From an uncultured Synergistaceae bacterium (GTDB lineage: Bacteria > Synergistota > Synergistia > Synergistales > Aminobacteriaceae): DNA of 64,000 bases. Position 1 is the first letter of the stretch. Each line of letters starts with the position of its first letter. The position numbers were made by a program, and so were the translations under genes. Below are positions 1 to 9,857 of the stretch, piece by piece. A model generated the notes under the pieces. That model had not been told where the DNA came from, did not search any database, and saw only the letters and a list, made by a program, of their open reading frames with translations. Location: assembly GCA_964630155.1 (NCBI GenBank), contig CAZVUT010000001.1, positions 34,515 to 98,514 on the forward strand, given 5' to 3'.

Positions 1-130
1 ACCGGACGACGACGAATTCATCGAAACGGTTCGCGTATCCGTAGCGCGTATTCCGGAAATGCTCCGGAGTGGAGAGATTAAGGACGGGAAAACGTTTTCC
101 GCGTTGTGCTGGCTTCTCAATACACGCTAG
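1..130 (+). CDS. 3' end of a NUDIX-type ADP-ribose pyrophosphatase-like gene (partial; runs off the window start)
   Basis: Frame 2 reads PDDDEFIETVRVSVARIPEMLRSGEIKDGKTFSALCWLLNTR* and ends at TAG 128-130. The G-x-I-x-D-x-KT-xx-AL tail is typical of NudF-like enzymes. The fragment is too short for certainty. Confidence 0.4.
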   Translation, partial: PDDDEFIETVRVSVARIPEMLRSGEIKDGKTFSALCWLLNTR

Positions 131-131
131 G

Positions 132-153
132 AGGGGGCGAAAGCCCCCTTTAT
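132..153 (+). terminator. Small GC hairpin after the partial NUDIX gene (possible intrinsic terminator)
   Basis: AGGGGGC (132-138), GAAA tetraloop, GCCCCCT (143-149), then TTTATCG. The stem is perfect but the U-tract is short. Confidence 0.4.
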
Positions 154-166
154 CGTTAACCCGGAC

Positions 167-1051
167 ATGGACGAGCGAATCGCACCCTTCAGGGCGCACC
201 TCCTTTTCGAACGGGGTTTGAGCGAGAATACGGCAAAGGCGTATTGCGCGGATGTGGCGGCATGGTTTTCCTTTTGCGAATCGTTCCGGCGTCCCCCGGT
301 TCCCCCCGATGAAGACCTTCTCCTTCGTTTTCAGCGATCACTGTCTGAACAGGGGAAAGCCCCCTCGACGCAACAACGCGTCATGGCAGCCATTCGAACC
401 TGGATGCACTTTCTCGTTCTCGAGGGGCTTAACGATGGCGACGCTCGACTTCCGTCCCTCCCTCCGCTCGGCAGGCGTCTCCCTCATATTCTCGGTGAGG
501 GCGAGGTTGTTCGCATCCTTGAAGCCTGCTCGGGCTCGAATTCCGCAGTGCTTGATCGCAGGGACCGCGCCTTGCTTGAGACCGCATACGGTTGCGGCCT
601 CAGGGCGAGCGAGCTCTGTACGATTCATCTTTCCGACATCGATTACGAACGTCGAATTCTCCGGGTTCTCGGCAAGGGCGACAAGGAACGTTCGGTTCCG
701 TTTACGGGAGAAATCCTTCATCGCATGAACGAGTATCGCGAAAATTCCCGTCCCGTTCTAGATGTCAAAGGGCGCGCGGAGTTCTTTCTGTCTCGTTCCG
801 GAAACGCACTTCGTCGCGAGGATGTCTGGAGAATCATCCGAAAACGGGGCCGCAAGGCCGGCATCGCGTCCTCAAGGCTCTATCCGCACATTCTCCGCCA
901 TTCGCTCGCGACGCATCTGTTGCGGCGCGGGATGGACCTGCGTACGCTCCAGGAGATGCTCGGGCACTCTTCCATTGCGACCACCGAAAAGTATGTGCAT
1001 TTTGACCTTGAACTTCGGGACATTTATGATACAACACATCCAAGAGCTTAA
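167..1051 (+). CDS. xerD: Site-specific tyrosine recombinase, XerD/XerC family
   Basis: 294 aa. The N-terminal SAM-like domain begins FRAHLLFERGLSENTAKAY. The catalytic C-terminus reads HILRHSLATHLLRRGMDLRTLQEMLGHSSIATTEKYVH, carrying the R..HxxR..Y signature. Confidence 0.85.
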   Translation: MDERIAPFRAHLLFERGLSENTAKAYCADVAAWFSFCESFRRPPVPPDEDLLLRFQRSLSEQGKAPSTQQRVMAAIRTWMHFLVLEGLNDGDARLPSLPPLGRRLPHILGEGEVVRILEACSGSNSAVLDRRDRALLETAYGCGLRASELCTIHLSDIDYERRILRVLGKGDKERSVPFTGEILHRMNEYRENSRPVLDVKGRAEFFLSRSGNALRREDVWRIIRKRGRKAGIASSRLYPHILRHSLATHLLRRGMDLRTLQEMLGHSSIATTEKYVHFDLELRDIYDTTHPRA

Positions 1052-1069
1052 GAGATGAGGTGCTTTTCG

Positions 1070-1891
1070 ATGGAAACATACGGCGGAAAGATAGACGCAG
1101 CAGCCTTGTGGCTGAAAGAGAGAACGGATGTCCGTCCCGAAATCGGTCTGGTTTTGGGGTCCGGTCTCGGCGACGTCGCCGAACAGATCCGGGACGCGGT
1201 TGTCATCCCGTACGCGGACATTCCCGCCTGGCCGCAGTCGACTGCTCCGGGGCACATGGGACGTCTTGTGTTCGGAACGATGGCCGGCAAAAACGTCGTC
1301 TGCATGCAGGGACGCGTTCACGGATACGAGGGGTATTCGCCGAAGGAAGTGACATTCCCCGTTCAGGTTCTGAAAAGCATCGGAGTGAAGATTCTTTTTC
1401 TGACGAACGCTTCTGGGAGCGTCAATACGGCGTTTCTTCCCGGCGAAATCGTCTGCGTATCGGATCATATCAACTTTACAGGGTCGAACCCGCTTATCGG
1501 GAATGAATCCGTAAATGGCGCGAAGAGATTTCCCGACATGACGCACGCGTATGACCCTGCCCTGATGGATTTGGCGGAACGATGCGCCCTGGCGGAGGGC
1601 TTTCATGTGAAACGCGGCGTGTATATCGGCTTTTCGGGACCATCGTACGAGACGCCGGCCGAGATCCGAATGGCGCGCGTTTTCGGCGCGGATCTTGTCG
1701 GAATGTCAACAGTATCGGAGGCTATCGTCGCGAATTCCGTCGGAATGCGTATTTGCGCGCTCTCCTGCGTTGCGAACTTCGCCGCCGGCATTACCGGCGA
1801 CATGCTGACCGAGGAGGAAGTTCTCGATTCGATGAAGCGGATTTCTTCCAGACTCGGATCTCTGCTTCGTTCCATTCTTGAGGCGCTCTGA
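1070..1891 (+). CDS. punA: Purine nucleoside phosphorylase (trimeric PNP/PunA family)
   Basis: The protein has GLVLGSGLG near its N-terminus and the motifs GRVHGYEGY, PSYETPAE and GADLVGMS. ATG 1070 lies 7 nt after GAGGTG. The ORF track's ATG 1055 is an alternative start. Confidence 0.85.
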   Translation: METYGGKIDAAALWLKERTDVRPEIGLVLGSGLGDVAEQIRDAVVIPYADIPAWPQSTAPGHMGRLVFGTMAGKNVVCMQGRVHGYEGYSPKEVTFPVQVLKSIGVKILFLTNASGSVNTAFLPGEIVCVSDHINFTGSNPLIGNESVNGAKRFPDMTHAYDPALMDLAERCALAEGFHVKRGVYIGFSGPSYETPAEIRMARVFGADLVGMSTVSEAIVANSVGMRICALSCVANFAAGITGDMLTEEEVLDSMKRISSRLGSLLRSILEAL

Positions 1892-1894
1892 ACG

Positions 1895-3211
1895 ATGCCT
1901 TTCGATATCCTGAAATTCCTCGAAACAAAAAGAGACGGAAAGGAACACGACTCCGAGTCGATCCGTTCATTCATCGCTGCGGTAACCGGAGGAGACGTTC
2001 CGGACTATCAGGTCGGAGCCTGGCTCATGGCGGCGTATATCCGCGGGATGACCGCACCGGAACTCAGAGAACTGACGATTTCGCTTGCGGATTCCGGACA
2101 TCGCGTGCGCCTCGAGGGCGGATGGCGCACTGCGGATAAGCACAGTACAGGGGGAGTCGGCGACAAGACTTCGCTTGTCGTCGTTCCTCTCGCCGCGTCG
2201 CTTGGTGTGCGCGTTGCGAAAATGTCCGGAAGGGGACTTGGATTTACCGGAGGGACGCTTGATAAACTTGAAGCCATTCCCGGTTTTCTCACGCATATTT
2301 CTCTTGAGCGATTCATTTCGCAGGTCGAGAAGATCGGATGCGTCATTACCGGACATACTTCCGAACTCGCCCCTGCGGAAGGCGTTCTCTATTCGATGCG
2401 CGACGTCACGGCGACGGTGCCGTCTCTTCCTCTGATCGCGAGCAGCATTGTCAGCAAAAAGCTTGCAGGCGGCGCGTCGAGCTTTGTTTTCGATGTGAAA
2501 ACGGGAAACGGCGCCCTCATGGAAACGCTTGAATCTGCGCGCGAACTGGCCATCGCGCTCGTCGAGCTTTCAAAAGCCGTGGGTATGGACGCGGTCGCCT
2601 TGTTGACGTGCATGGATCAGCCGCTCGGGCGCACCGTCGGGAATGCGCTCGAAGTGATTGAGGCGATCGAAACGCTCGAGAACAAAGGGCCTTCCGATAC
2701 GACGGCGCTCTGTGTCGCAATTGCGGGCGAAATGGCGTTCGTATCCGGACTGGTCTCGACGCAAAGCGAGGGAATCGCGCGCGCGCGCGGCGCTCTTGAA
2801 TCGGGAGAGGCGTATTCTCTCTTTCTTCAGATGGTCGGCGAGCAGGGAGGGGATGTCGCTGCGTGCGCGCAATCCGGCGCAGGCATTCGCGTTGCGTCAA
2901 ATGTTCACGTTTTACGGGCCGGGAAGGGCGGCGTCGTCTCTTCGTTTCACACGAGAGCGATCGGGGAAGGCGTCAAGCGACTTGGCGGCGGACGGATGCA
3001 TCTTGATGATGTGCTCGATCTCTCCGTCGGCGTCGTTCTTCACAAGAAGATCGGCGACGCCGTCGCTTCCGGAGACGCGCTTATCGATGTGCGCTATTCC
3101 GATGTGCGGCGGCTCGAAGCAGCGCTTCCCTACCTGGAGTCCTGTGTCGAAATCGGAAAAGAAGGAGCGGCTCGTCCTGTCGTAATAGGACGCGTTCCCG
3201 GGCCGGCGTGA
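1895..3211 (+). CDS. pdp: Pyrimidine-nucleoside (thymidine) phosphorylase
   Basis: 438 aa with the family motifs KHSTGGVGDKTSL, GRGLGFTGGTLDKLE and a SMRDVTATV-type loop. Confidence 0.9.
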   Translation: MPFDILKFLETKRDGKEHDSESIRSFIAAVTGGDVPDYQVGAWLMAAYIRGMTAPELRELTISLADSGHRVRLEGGWRTADKHSTGGVGDKTSLVVVPLAASLGVRVAKMSGRGLGFTGGTLDKLEAIPGFLTHISLERFISQVEKIGCVITGHTSELAPAEGVLYSMRDVTATVPSLPLIASSIVSKKLAGGASSFVFDVKTGNGALMETLESARELAIALVELSKAVGMDAVALLTCMDQPLGRTVGNALEVIEAIETLENKGPSDTTALCVAIAGEMAFVSGLVSTQSEGIARARGALESGEAYSLFLQMVGEQGGDVAACAQSGAGIRVASNVHVLRAGKGGVVSSFHTRAIGEGVKRLGGGRMHLDDVLDLSVGVVLHKKIGDAVASGDALIDVRYSDVRRLEAALPYLESCVEIGKEGAARPVVIGRVPGPA

Positions 3212-4134
3212 TGCGGTGCGCGTCCAGGAGAACCGCGATTTTTCTTTTCTTTTTGCTCTTTTGCTCGTGCGGACCTGTTTTCGGAAATGCGAGAGCGCAT
3301 ATTTTTCATCCGGAGACAGTTCCATTGGGACAGCCCTTTCTGGTTGAGATCGTCTCCGAGGAAGAGCCGAGCGGCGCCATAGTGACATGGTTCGGAAAGT
3401 CGGCCCCGATGCAGTTTTCGCGTTCCGGGAACGGTTATTTCGCGAGACTGCTTTTGGGATCCTATATGAAGACGATCAATCCCGGAACGTATCCGCTGGA
3501 TGTGAAGGTGGCGCGCTCGGACAGGATCGTCAATAGACGCGTTTTGATCACGATCGCGCCGAAAAAGTATGAGGAAGACCGACTTTCGTTGCCTGAAGCC
3601 ATGGTGACGCCGCCAAAGAAGGTTCAGACGCGCATTCTTCAGGAACAGAGAATGATGAAGCGCATTCGCGAGACGGTTTCACCCTTCGGATTCTGGCGGC
3701 TTCCGATCCGACGCCCTCTTTCCGGCGCCGTGAGCAGCACGTATGGACGAAGAAGAATCCTGAACGGCATACCGAAAAGTCCGCATGCCGGAATCGATTT
3801 TCGCGCGCCCATGGGGACACCGGTCGTTGCGGCGCTTGCGGGACGTGTTGTCGCGACGAAGGATCTGTACTACTCAGGGTTGACGGTCTGTGTGGATTCG
3901 GGACAAGGAATTCTGAGCTATTACTATCATCTGTCCGAGTTCAGCGTGCAAGAAGGACAGCTCGTCGAACAAGGGAGCGTTCTTGCGAAATCCGGAATGA
4001 GCGGACGGTCGACCGGCCCGCATCTTCATTTCGGCCTGTCGCTTCTCGGGCAATACGTTGACGCGGAATCGCTCTTTGATGCGAATCCGTCCGGAATGTT
4101 GAAAAACGCGAAAATGGTTGCGATCGATGAATGA
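3208..4134 (+). CDS. Secreted M23-family (LytM-type) metallopeptidase
   Basis: The N-terminus is a signal peptide (IFLFFLLFCSCGPVFG). The M23 motifs HAGIDFRAPMGTPV and GPHLHFGL are present. The start overlaps the pdp stop as ATGA. Confidence 0.85.
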   Translation: MMRCASRRTAIFLFFLLFCSCGPVFGNARAHIFHPETVPLGQPFLVEIVSEEEPSGAIVTWFGKSAPMQFSRSGNGYFARLLLGSYMKTINPGTYPLDVKVARSDRIVNRRVLITIAPKKYEEDRLSLPEAMVTPPKKVQTRILQEQRMMKRIRETVSPFGFWRLPIRRPLSGAVSSTYGRRRILNGIPKSPHAGIDFRAPMGTPVVAALAGRVVATKDLYYSGLTVCVDSGQGILSYYYHLSEFSVQEGQLVEQGSVLAKSGMSGRSTGPHLHFGLSLLGQYVDAESLFDANPSGMLKNAKMVAIDE

Positions 4135-4153
4135 ATTGAAGAGAGGATGTCGA

Positions 4154-4678
4154 ATGCAAGAAGTCACGTCGTATTCCTATTTGTCGGGAATAGTATTTTG
4201 CTTTTTGATGGATGGCGAGAGTGTCCTGTTGATCCGGCGCGAGAAGGAACCGTACAAGGGTACGTTCACGGTTCCCGGAGGAAAAAAGGAACCGGGAGAG
4301 ACATTTTTGGATGCGTGTGTCCGCGAAATGGAAGAAGAAACAGGACTGATCGTAGAAAATCCCAAGGTTCGGGGAATCGCCCATGTTGTTCAGGAAGGGC
4401 TCGGAAAAGAAGTCATATCCGTATATTTCTCAGCTTGTTCCTTTCACGGAACACTTCGAGAAAGCGACGAAGGTTCTCTGGTTTGGGCGCCGATACCCGC
4501 TTGCTTCGACATGCCCGGGATCAACCCGTTTTTCCTGAAAATAGCTCCGCGCGTATTTTCTCCGGGCGACTCGTTTTTCGCTTCGATCTTCGTAAACGGA
4601 CACGGCGATATTGTCCGGGATTCGTTCGTTCCTTCCGAGGCTCCCCGTATCGGGCGGCGCGCCCAAGAGACTCATTGA
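4154..4678 (+). CDS. NUDIX hydrolase
   Basis: The Nudix box GGKKEPGETFLDACVREMEEETGL is present. ATG 4154 lies 6 nt after AGAGAGGA. The ORF-track start at 4118 is less likely because it overlaps the M23 gene. Confidence 0.8.
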   Translation: MQEVTSYSYLSGIVFCFLMDGESVLLIRREKEPYKGTFTVPGGKKEPGETFLDACVREMEEETGLIVENPKVRGIAHVVQEGLGKEVISVYFSACSFHGTLRESDEGSLVWAPIPACFDMPGINPFFLKIAPRVFSPGDSFFASIFVNGHGDIVRDSFVPSEAPRIGRRAQETH

Positions 4679-6546
4679 TGAAAAGACTCTTCAACGCGAT
4701 ACTCCCGTTCGTCGTGCTCGCAGTTTTCACCGGAAGCCCCGCCTCCTGTCAAGAAAAGCAGATATCACCGGAAAACACCCTGGCTGCGCTCAACTCATGC
4801 ATCGTAGCGGTGGCGGAAATTGTGTCATACAACGATCGTCTCCTTTTGGAGAGAGAATACAGGGACATTATCACGAACCTCGATTTTTCGGCTCTCCAGG
4901 CGGACGAAGAGCTTATCTCGCTCTTTCAGGGACTGATGGACGGAATAACGGAAAGCCTGCTTCGCGAAGACGCAAAAGCGCAGGCGCTTCGGTTTTACAC
5001 GAAAAGAACCGAAAGAACGATACTTCAATCCCTCACGAAGACCGCAGCCGGAGGCCTCGACGGGAGCATAGCGATTCTCGATGGAGTGCTGAACGCGACG
5101 TCCGCCTACTTCGACCACAAGAACACCATTGAGGAATACCGAAAGGAGTATTCGGATAGATTATGCGAGCTCGACAAGGACCGCATCCAGAAGCTGAACG
5201 ACCTTCAGAAAAAGCTCTTCAGCTCTTCATGGAAGCTTGTCCAGAAGTATTCTCTTCCCGATCGGTATCGCCTTACGATGGAAGACATCGAAGAGTTCAT
5301 TGAGGCCGTTAAGGATACGAATATTGAGCGGCGATACCGAAGGCTTGCCCGTCTTTCCGACAAATTCGCCGAATATCCGCCTTTCTGGTACTTCCTGGGA
5401 TATTCAGCGCTTCGATGCGGGAAGAACGACGACGCGAAGCGGGCTTTCCGCTCGTACGAGGAGCACAAGAGGCCAATCTTTCGAAAAGACCCGTTTCATG
5501 CGTCGGTTGCCATGAACACTGTCCGAATGATCGACGGATCGGATACCAACGAGATGCGAAGGCTTCTTGATATTGTCCTCCGGAACTCACGAACGTCCGA
5601 ATGGCAGAATTTCCTTTTCGCGGGAGTCTCTTTCTTTCGGATTGGAGACACACAAACGGCTCTGGAGTGTCTTCAGAGAAATATTGACAACGGACTGGAA
5701 ATCGAATTGAACGAGCGACTGAAGAAGAATATCGAATCAGGAACGACGCTTGCTTCTGGAGCCTTGGAAGCTCTTGAAGAAGCACTCGACAAGGCGGTTG
5801 GCCTGGATACGCTCAAGAATCAGGATCTTCTGGAACGTTTCGGGCGACTGAAGGACGGGAAATTGCTCGGAAAGGTATCGAAGGATTTTCTTTCCATACG
5901 TTTCGATGTCTACCATCGGAAGGGGAGGAAGGATCTTCTCGCTATTCAGATGCCCCAGAAGTGGCTCATCGGGACCGTCGGACTTGAGCGCGAAAATGAT
6001 TTCGTCCCGCGCGACACTGATTTTTCGGTGGACGTCTTGCTCGGAGGAAAGAGTGTCTGGGCGGTTTCCGGCAGCGATGTGACGTTCCCGGAAAAGCAGG
6101 CGAAGAACAAGAAAAGCGGGAGCATGTATTTCGACGCGAAAAGCAGGAATTTTATTATATACAAAGAGAGAGAACTTCCGGAGTCTGAACGGGCGGAGGT
6201 TCGGATTTCCCACCCGGTTTACTCGACGGTCCTCTCTTTTCGTGGAGAAGAAGAGGATTTGCGGACGATCCCGAATGTCTCATCGGTGGGCGAGGGCGTC
6301 AAAGAATACGGAAAGAAGATCATCGATTACGGAGTACCGCTCGTCGGACAGTACAAGCTCATTCGCGACACCATTCATGATGTCTCTTCGCTCGTAACCG
6401 GAGTGACGCATTTTCGGGCTGAATCGATCCGATTCAAGGATCGCCGATATATTGTTTCCGGGGATCTTCTTCTTGATGCGGCGGAGATGCAGGTCGATTC
6501 GATTTCGCCGGACGAAGGATCCAAAGAAGAAGTCAAACAACCATGA
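4678..6546 (+). CDS. Hypothetical lipoprotein or secreted protein (622 aa) with TPR-like central repeats
   Basis: ATG 4678 overlaps the NUDIX stop (ATGA) and is in frame with ORF 4147..6546. The N-terminus MKRLFNAILPFVVLAVFTGSPASC looks like a signal peptide with a lipobox-like Cys. I recognised no catalytic motif. Confidence 0.6.
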   Translation: MKRLFNAILPFVVLAVFTGSPASCQEKQISPENTLAALNSCIVAVAEIVSYNDRLLLEREYRDIITNLDFSALQADEELISLFQGLMDGITESLLREDAKAQALRFYTKRTERTILQSLTKTAAGGLDGSIAILDGVLNATSAYFDHKNTIEEYRKEYSDRLCELDKDRIQKLNDLQKKLFSSSWKLVQKYSLPDRYRLTMEDIEEFIEAVKDTNIERRYRRLARLSDKFAEYPPFWYFLGYSALRCGKNDDAKRAFRSYEEHKRPIFRKDPFHASVAMNTVRMIDGSDTNEMRRLLDIVLRNSRTSEWQNFLFAGVSFFRIGDTQTALECLQRNIDNGLEIELNERLKKNIESGTTLASGALEALEEALDKAVGLDTLKNQDLLERFGRLKDGKLLGKVSKDFLSIRFDVYHRKGRKDLLAIQMPQKWLIGTVGLERENDFVPRDTDFSVDVLLGGKSVWAVSGSDVTFPEKQAKNKKSGSMYFDAKSRNFIIYKERELPESERAEVRISHPVYSTVLSFRGEEEDLRTIPNVSSVGEGVKEYGKKIIDYGVPLVGQYKLIRDTIHDVSSLVTGVTHFRAESIRFKDRRYIVSGDLLLDAAEMQVDSISPDEGSKEEVKQP

Positions 6547-6683
6547 GTGTTCAGCGCCATCGCGTGGCTGCTCTCGCGTTTCACCAAGAAATATTCGGTG
6601 TATTCGGATAGTCGGGAATCAGTGCTTTTCGTAATCGATGCGGAGCGGCCCGCGTGGGGAAAAAACTAAAAATTCCGGGGTCC

Positions 6684-6713
6684 TTGCGCAAACGTGTTTC
6701 GCAACGCTATAAT
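6684..6713 (+). promoter_or_regulatory. Sigma70-type promoter for tRNA-Gly
   Basis: TTGCGC (6684-6689), an 18-nt spacer, then TATAAT (6708-6713). The tRNA starts at 6727. Confidence 0.55.
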
Positions 6714-6726
6714 ACCGTACATGCGA

Positions 6727-6802
6727 GCGGACGTAGCTCAGTTGGTAGAGCATCAGCTTCCCAAGCTGAGGGTCGCGGGTTCGAATCCCGTTGTCCGCTC
6801 CA
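6727..6802 (+). tRNA. tRNA-Gly (anticodon CCC)
   Basis: Cloverleaf folded by hand. Acceptor stem GCGGACG/TGTCCGC. D arm GCTC-AGTTGGTA-GAGC. Anticodon arm TCAGC-TTCCCAA-GCTGA. T arm GCGGG-TTCGAAT-CCCGT. The 3' CCA is encoded. Confidence 0.9.
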
Positions 6803-6866
6803 TTTTTCTTCCTTCCACGCATGTAATTTCCTCAATTCCCGAAAAATCTTTGTTATTATACCAAGT

Positions 6867-6895
6867 TTGACACAAAATTCCCAGAGTATTAGAAT
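6867..6895 (+). promoter_or_regulatory. Sigma70-type promoter upstream of the V-ATPase operon
   Basis: TTGACA (6867-6872), a 17-nt spacer, then TAGAAT (6890-6895). A second TATAAT at 6931-6936 has no good -35 element. Confidence 0.55.
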
Positions 6896-6956
6896 TATCC
6901 GGGTTTGTGACGAGCTTGGAGTATTTCGTCTATAATGGTACGTACAGAGAAAGGGG

Positions 6957-7292
6957 GTGTCTTATGTGGCGTTGAATCTTGCGGAAGAAATCAAGGCGGT
7001 TGAAGCTGATTCGAAGAAGCGAATCGCTGATGCCAAGGTAGAAGCCGTGCGGCTCCAGAACTCTGCTGCGAACGAAGCGGAGCAAAAACTCAAGAATGCG
7101 AAACAGAACGCGTTCAAGAAATATAGAGAATGCGTTTCCAAAGTTGAGCGGGAAGCGGACGAAAGAGCGCAGAATATTGTGGAGGCGGGGCGCGAAAATG
7201 CAGCTGCGTTTTCGGCCGACCACAAGGGGCGAATCACTCAAACCGCTACCTGGATTGCAGAAGAGGTGATTGCTCGATATGGCCGTAGCTGA
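6957..7292 (+). CDS. V-type ATPase peripheral-stalk subunit (G/H-like coiled-coil protein)
   Basis: About 110 aa, rich in A/E/K and predicted coiled coil. It is the first gene of the operon, as atpG is in the Thermus-type order. The true start may be GTG 6966, 9 nt after GGGGG. The call rests mainly on position. Confidence 0.5.
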   Translation: MSYVALNLAEEIKAVEADSKKRIADAKVEAVRLQNSAANEAEQKLKNAKQNAFKKYRECVSKVEREADERAQNIVEAGRENAAAFSADHKGRITQTATWIAEEVIARYGRS

Positions 7293-9291
7293 AATCAAGA
7301 AACTCGATTTGTATCTGCATAAATCTGTTCGCGAGGATGTCCTCGGCGTGCTTCAGCGGGTTGGTTGTTGCGAGATCATCTCCCGGCCCGCCGATGTTCC
7401 GCAGGATGTTCAGTCGGCCAATGAACGTCTGCAAGAGATCGACGGCAAAATCTCCGAGATACGTTTTCTTCTTCGTTTTCTTGAGCCGCATTTTGTCGAT
7501 CCCGTTTCTTCTTTCGATCGTTCTCTCGGCGAGAAACCTGTTTTTTCGATGACCGAGTTGTCGAGGATTGCCGAAAAAACCGACATCGAAGACTTCTCCG
7601 CGAAAATGCACGCGTACGAAGCGCGTCTTCTCGCCGTTCGCTCGGAAATTTCCCAGGTTGATGGAAAGCTCGTTTTGCTTGATAAATTCCATGATTTCCC
7701 GTATACGATGGATTTGTTGTCCCACGGGACCGAGCGAGTGGTCGGGCTTTCAGGCACGATTCCCACAAACAATCTTCAAGGCTGGAAAAACGGAATCGAA
7801 GGAAAGTTGGGGAAGGACGCGGAAGCTTTCGTTTCCCGATTCGGAGAGAAAGATGCCGAAGTTTGGGTTACGCTGCTTTACGCAAGAGAACGCGAAACTG
7901 ACGCGTTCGATGTCTCTTCAAAATATTCTCTTTCGCGAGTCGAGATTCCGAACGATCTGATTCTCAGTCCGTCTGAAGAATTTTCTGCTCTTGAGAATCG
8001 AAAGATAGCGTTGAAAGCTGAAGAAGCTTCCATAATGCAGATCGTCAGGGAAGAGGCGGATGGATGGGTTCCTGTCATACGCAGCCTTAGCGATTATTTT
8101 ACGTCTCTCAGAAAGCGCTATGAGATTCTCGACGACGGGATCTTCACCGATCAGACCCTCGCGTTCCAATCATGGATCCCCGCGCGTTCCGTTGAGGCTC
8201 TCAAAAAAGGACTCCTGCCTTTTCAAAAGAATATCGAGATTGTTTTGTCCGATCCCGAAAGGGAAGACATCCCTCCGACGCTTCTCCAGAATGCGAACTG
8301 GTCACATCCGTATGAGACACTTACGAAGCTGTACGGAGTCCCGGTTTATGGAGAATTGGATCCCACTCCTCTCATGGCGCCGTTTTTCTTCATTTACTTT
8401 GGCATGTGTCTCGGAGATGCGGGATACGCTTTGGTCATGATAGCTGCGCTGACGTATTTCATGAAGAAATACAAGCGCATGCCGGATTCAGTACGGCAAT
8501 TCATGCGACTCATAATGGGAGCGGCGATCTCGACGCTGATCTACGGCGCCTTGACCGGAAGCTGGTTTGGAGACCTTGCAGATTCATACGGATTTCTGGG
8601 CTTTTTCCGGCCGATCAAGAATATGTTCCTTGTGATCGATCCGATGCAGAAGCCGATGGTTATTCTGGGCATTTCGCTTGCCTTTGGAATAGTCCACCTT
8701 GCGTTCGGGCTTTTCATTTCGTTTTATGATTGTATTCGAAAAAAAGATTACATTGCCGCTTTCGGCGATAAAGGCGCATGGATTACGATGCTTACGGGGG
8801 TTCTGCTCCTTGCGGGCGGAGCGTCCGGGGCTCTTCCCGGGGCATTTTCTCCTTTGGGCAAATGGATGGCGATAGTTGGGGCAATAGTGGTATTCCTCTA
8901 TCAGGGGCGCGGGAAGAGCGGGATTGTTGCGAAATTCTTTTCCGGCGTTCTGGGGCTTTACGGCTCCACGTCCTACCTTGGCGATGTTTTGAGCTACAGT
9001 CGTCTGCTGGCGCTCGGACTTGCCTCCGCCGCAGTAGGCGTCATCATTAACATGCTCGGCAACCTTTCCTCCGATATCCCCTATGTCGGCTGGCTTATCG
9101 GGATTATAGTCGTCGTTGTCGGACACACATTCGGAATGGCCGTCAACATTCTGGGAGCATTCGTCCATTCGCTGCGGCTTCAGTACGTCGAGTTTTTCAG
9201 CAAATTTTACTCCGGCGGAGGAAAATTTTTCTCCCCGTTAACGTACTCGTCCCAATATGTAGATATTACGGAGACCTCCGCTAAGAAATAG
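7279..9291 (+). CDS. ntpI: V-type ATPase subunit I (membrane a-subunit)
   Basis: About 670 aa with a hydrophilic N-terminal half and a multi-TM C-terminal half that includes HSLRLQYVEFFSKFY (essential Arg region). ATG 7279 lies 9 nt after GAGGTGA. TTG 7270 is an alternative start. Confidence 0.85.
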   Translation: MAVAEIKKLDLYLHKSVREDVLGVLQRVGCCEIISRPADVPQDVQSANERLQEIDGKISEIRFLLRFLEPHFVDPVSSFDRSLGEKPVFSMTELSRIAEKTDIEDFSAKMHAYEARLLAVRSEISQVDGKLVLLDKFHDFPYTMDLLSHGTERVVGLSGTIPTNNLQGWKNGIEGKLGKDAEAFVSRFGEKDAEVWVTLLYARERETDAFDVSSKYSLSRVEIPNDLILSPSEEFSALENRKIALKAEEASIMQIVREEADGWVPVIRSLSDYFTSLRKRYEILDDGIFTDQTLAFQSWIPARSVEALKKGLLPFQKNIEIVLSDPEREDIPPTLLQNANWSHPYETLTKLYGVPVYGELDPTPLMAPFFFIYFGMCLGDAGYALVMIAALTYFMKKYKRMPDSVRQFMRLIMGAAISTLIYGALTGSWFGDLADSYGFLGFFRPIKNMFLVIDPMQKPMVILGISLAFGIVHLAFGLFISFYDCIRKKDYIAAFGDKGAWITMLTGVLLLAGGASGALPGAFSPLGKWMAIVGAIVVFLYQGRGKSGIVAKFFSGVLGLYGSTSYLGDVLSYSRLLALGLASAAVGVIINMLGNLSSDIPYVGWLIGIIVVVVGHTFGMAVNILGAFVHSLRLQYVEFFSKFYSGGGKFFSPLTYSSQYVDITETSAKK

Positions 9292-9351
9292 CAGCTCCGG
9301 AATTGTTCCTCAATTATATATAATTTATTAAAACTGAGGGGAGTGTACTAA

Positions 9352-9834
<483 letters not shown>

Positions 9835-9857
9835 TTGACCTTTTGAGGTGATGGGCG

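Noticed and set aside
4147-4677. N-terminal 177 codons of the 799-aa ORF 4147..6546
   Set aside because: This part overlaps the NUDIX gene almost entirely in another frame and is Arg/Ser/Gly-rich, with the look of an off-frame translation. A signal-peptide-bearing ATG at 4678 forms an ATGA junction with the NUDIX stop, so the real gene starts there.
9306-9335. dif-like sequence TTCCTCAATTATATATAATTTATTAAAACT, considered because xerD is in the window
   Set aside because: Only about 17 of 26 positions match a Firmicutes-type dif when aligned without gaps. The XerD arm (TATGTAAACT-like) is not preserved, and the site sits inside an operon spacer. The AT-rich low complexity explains the resemblance.
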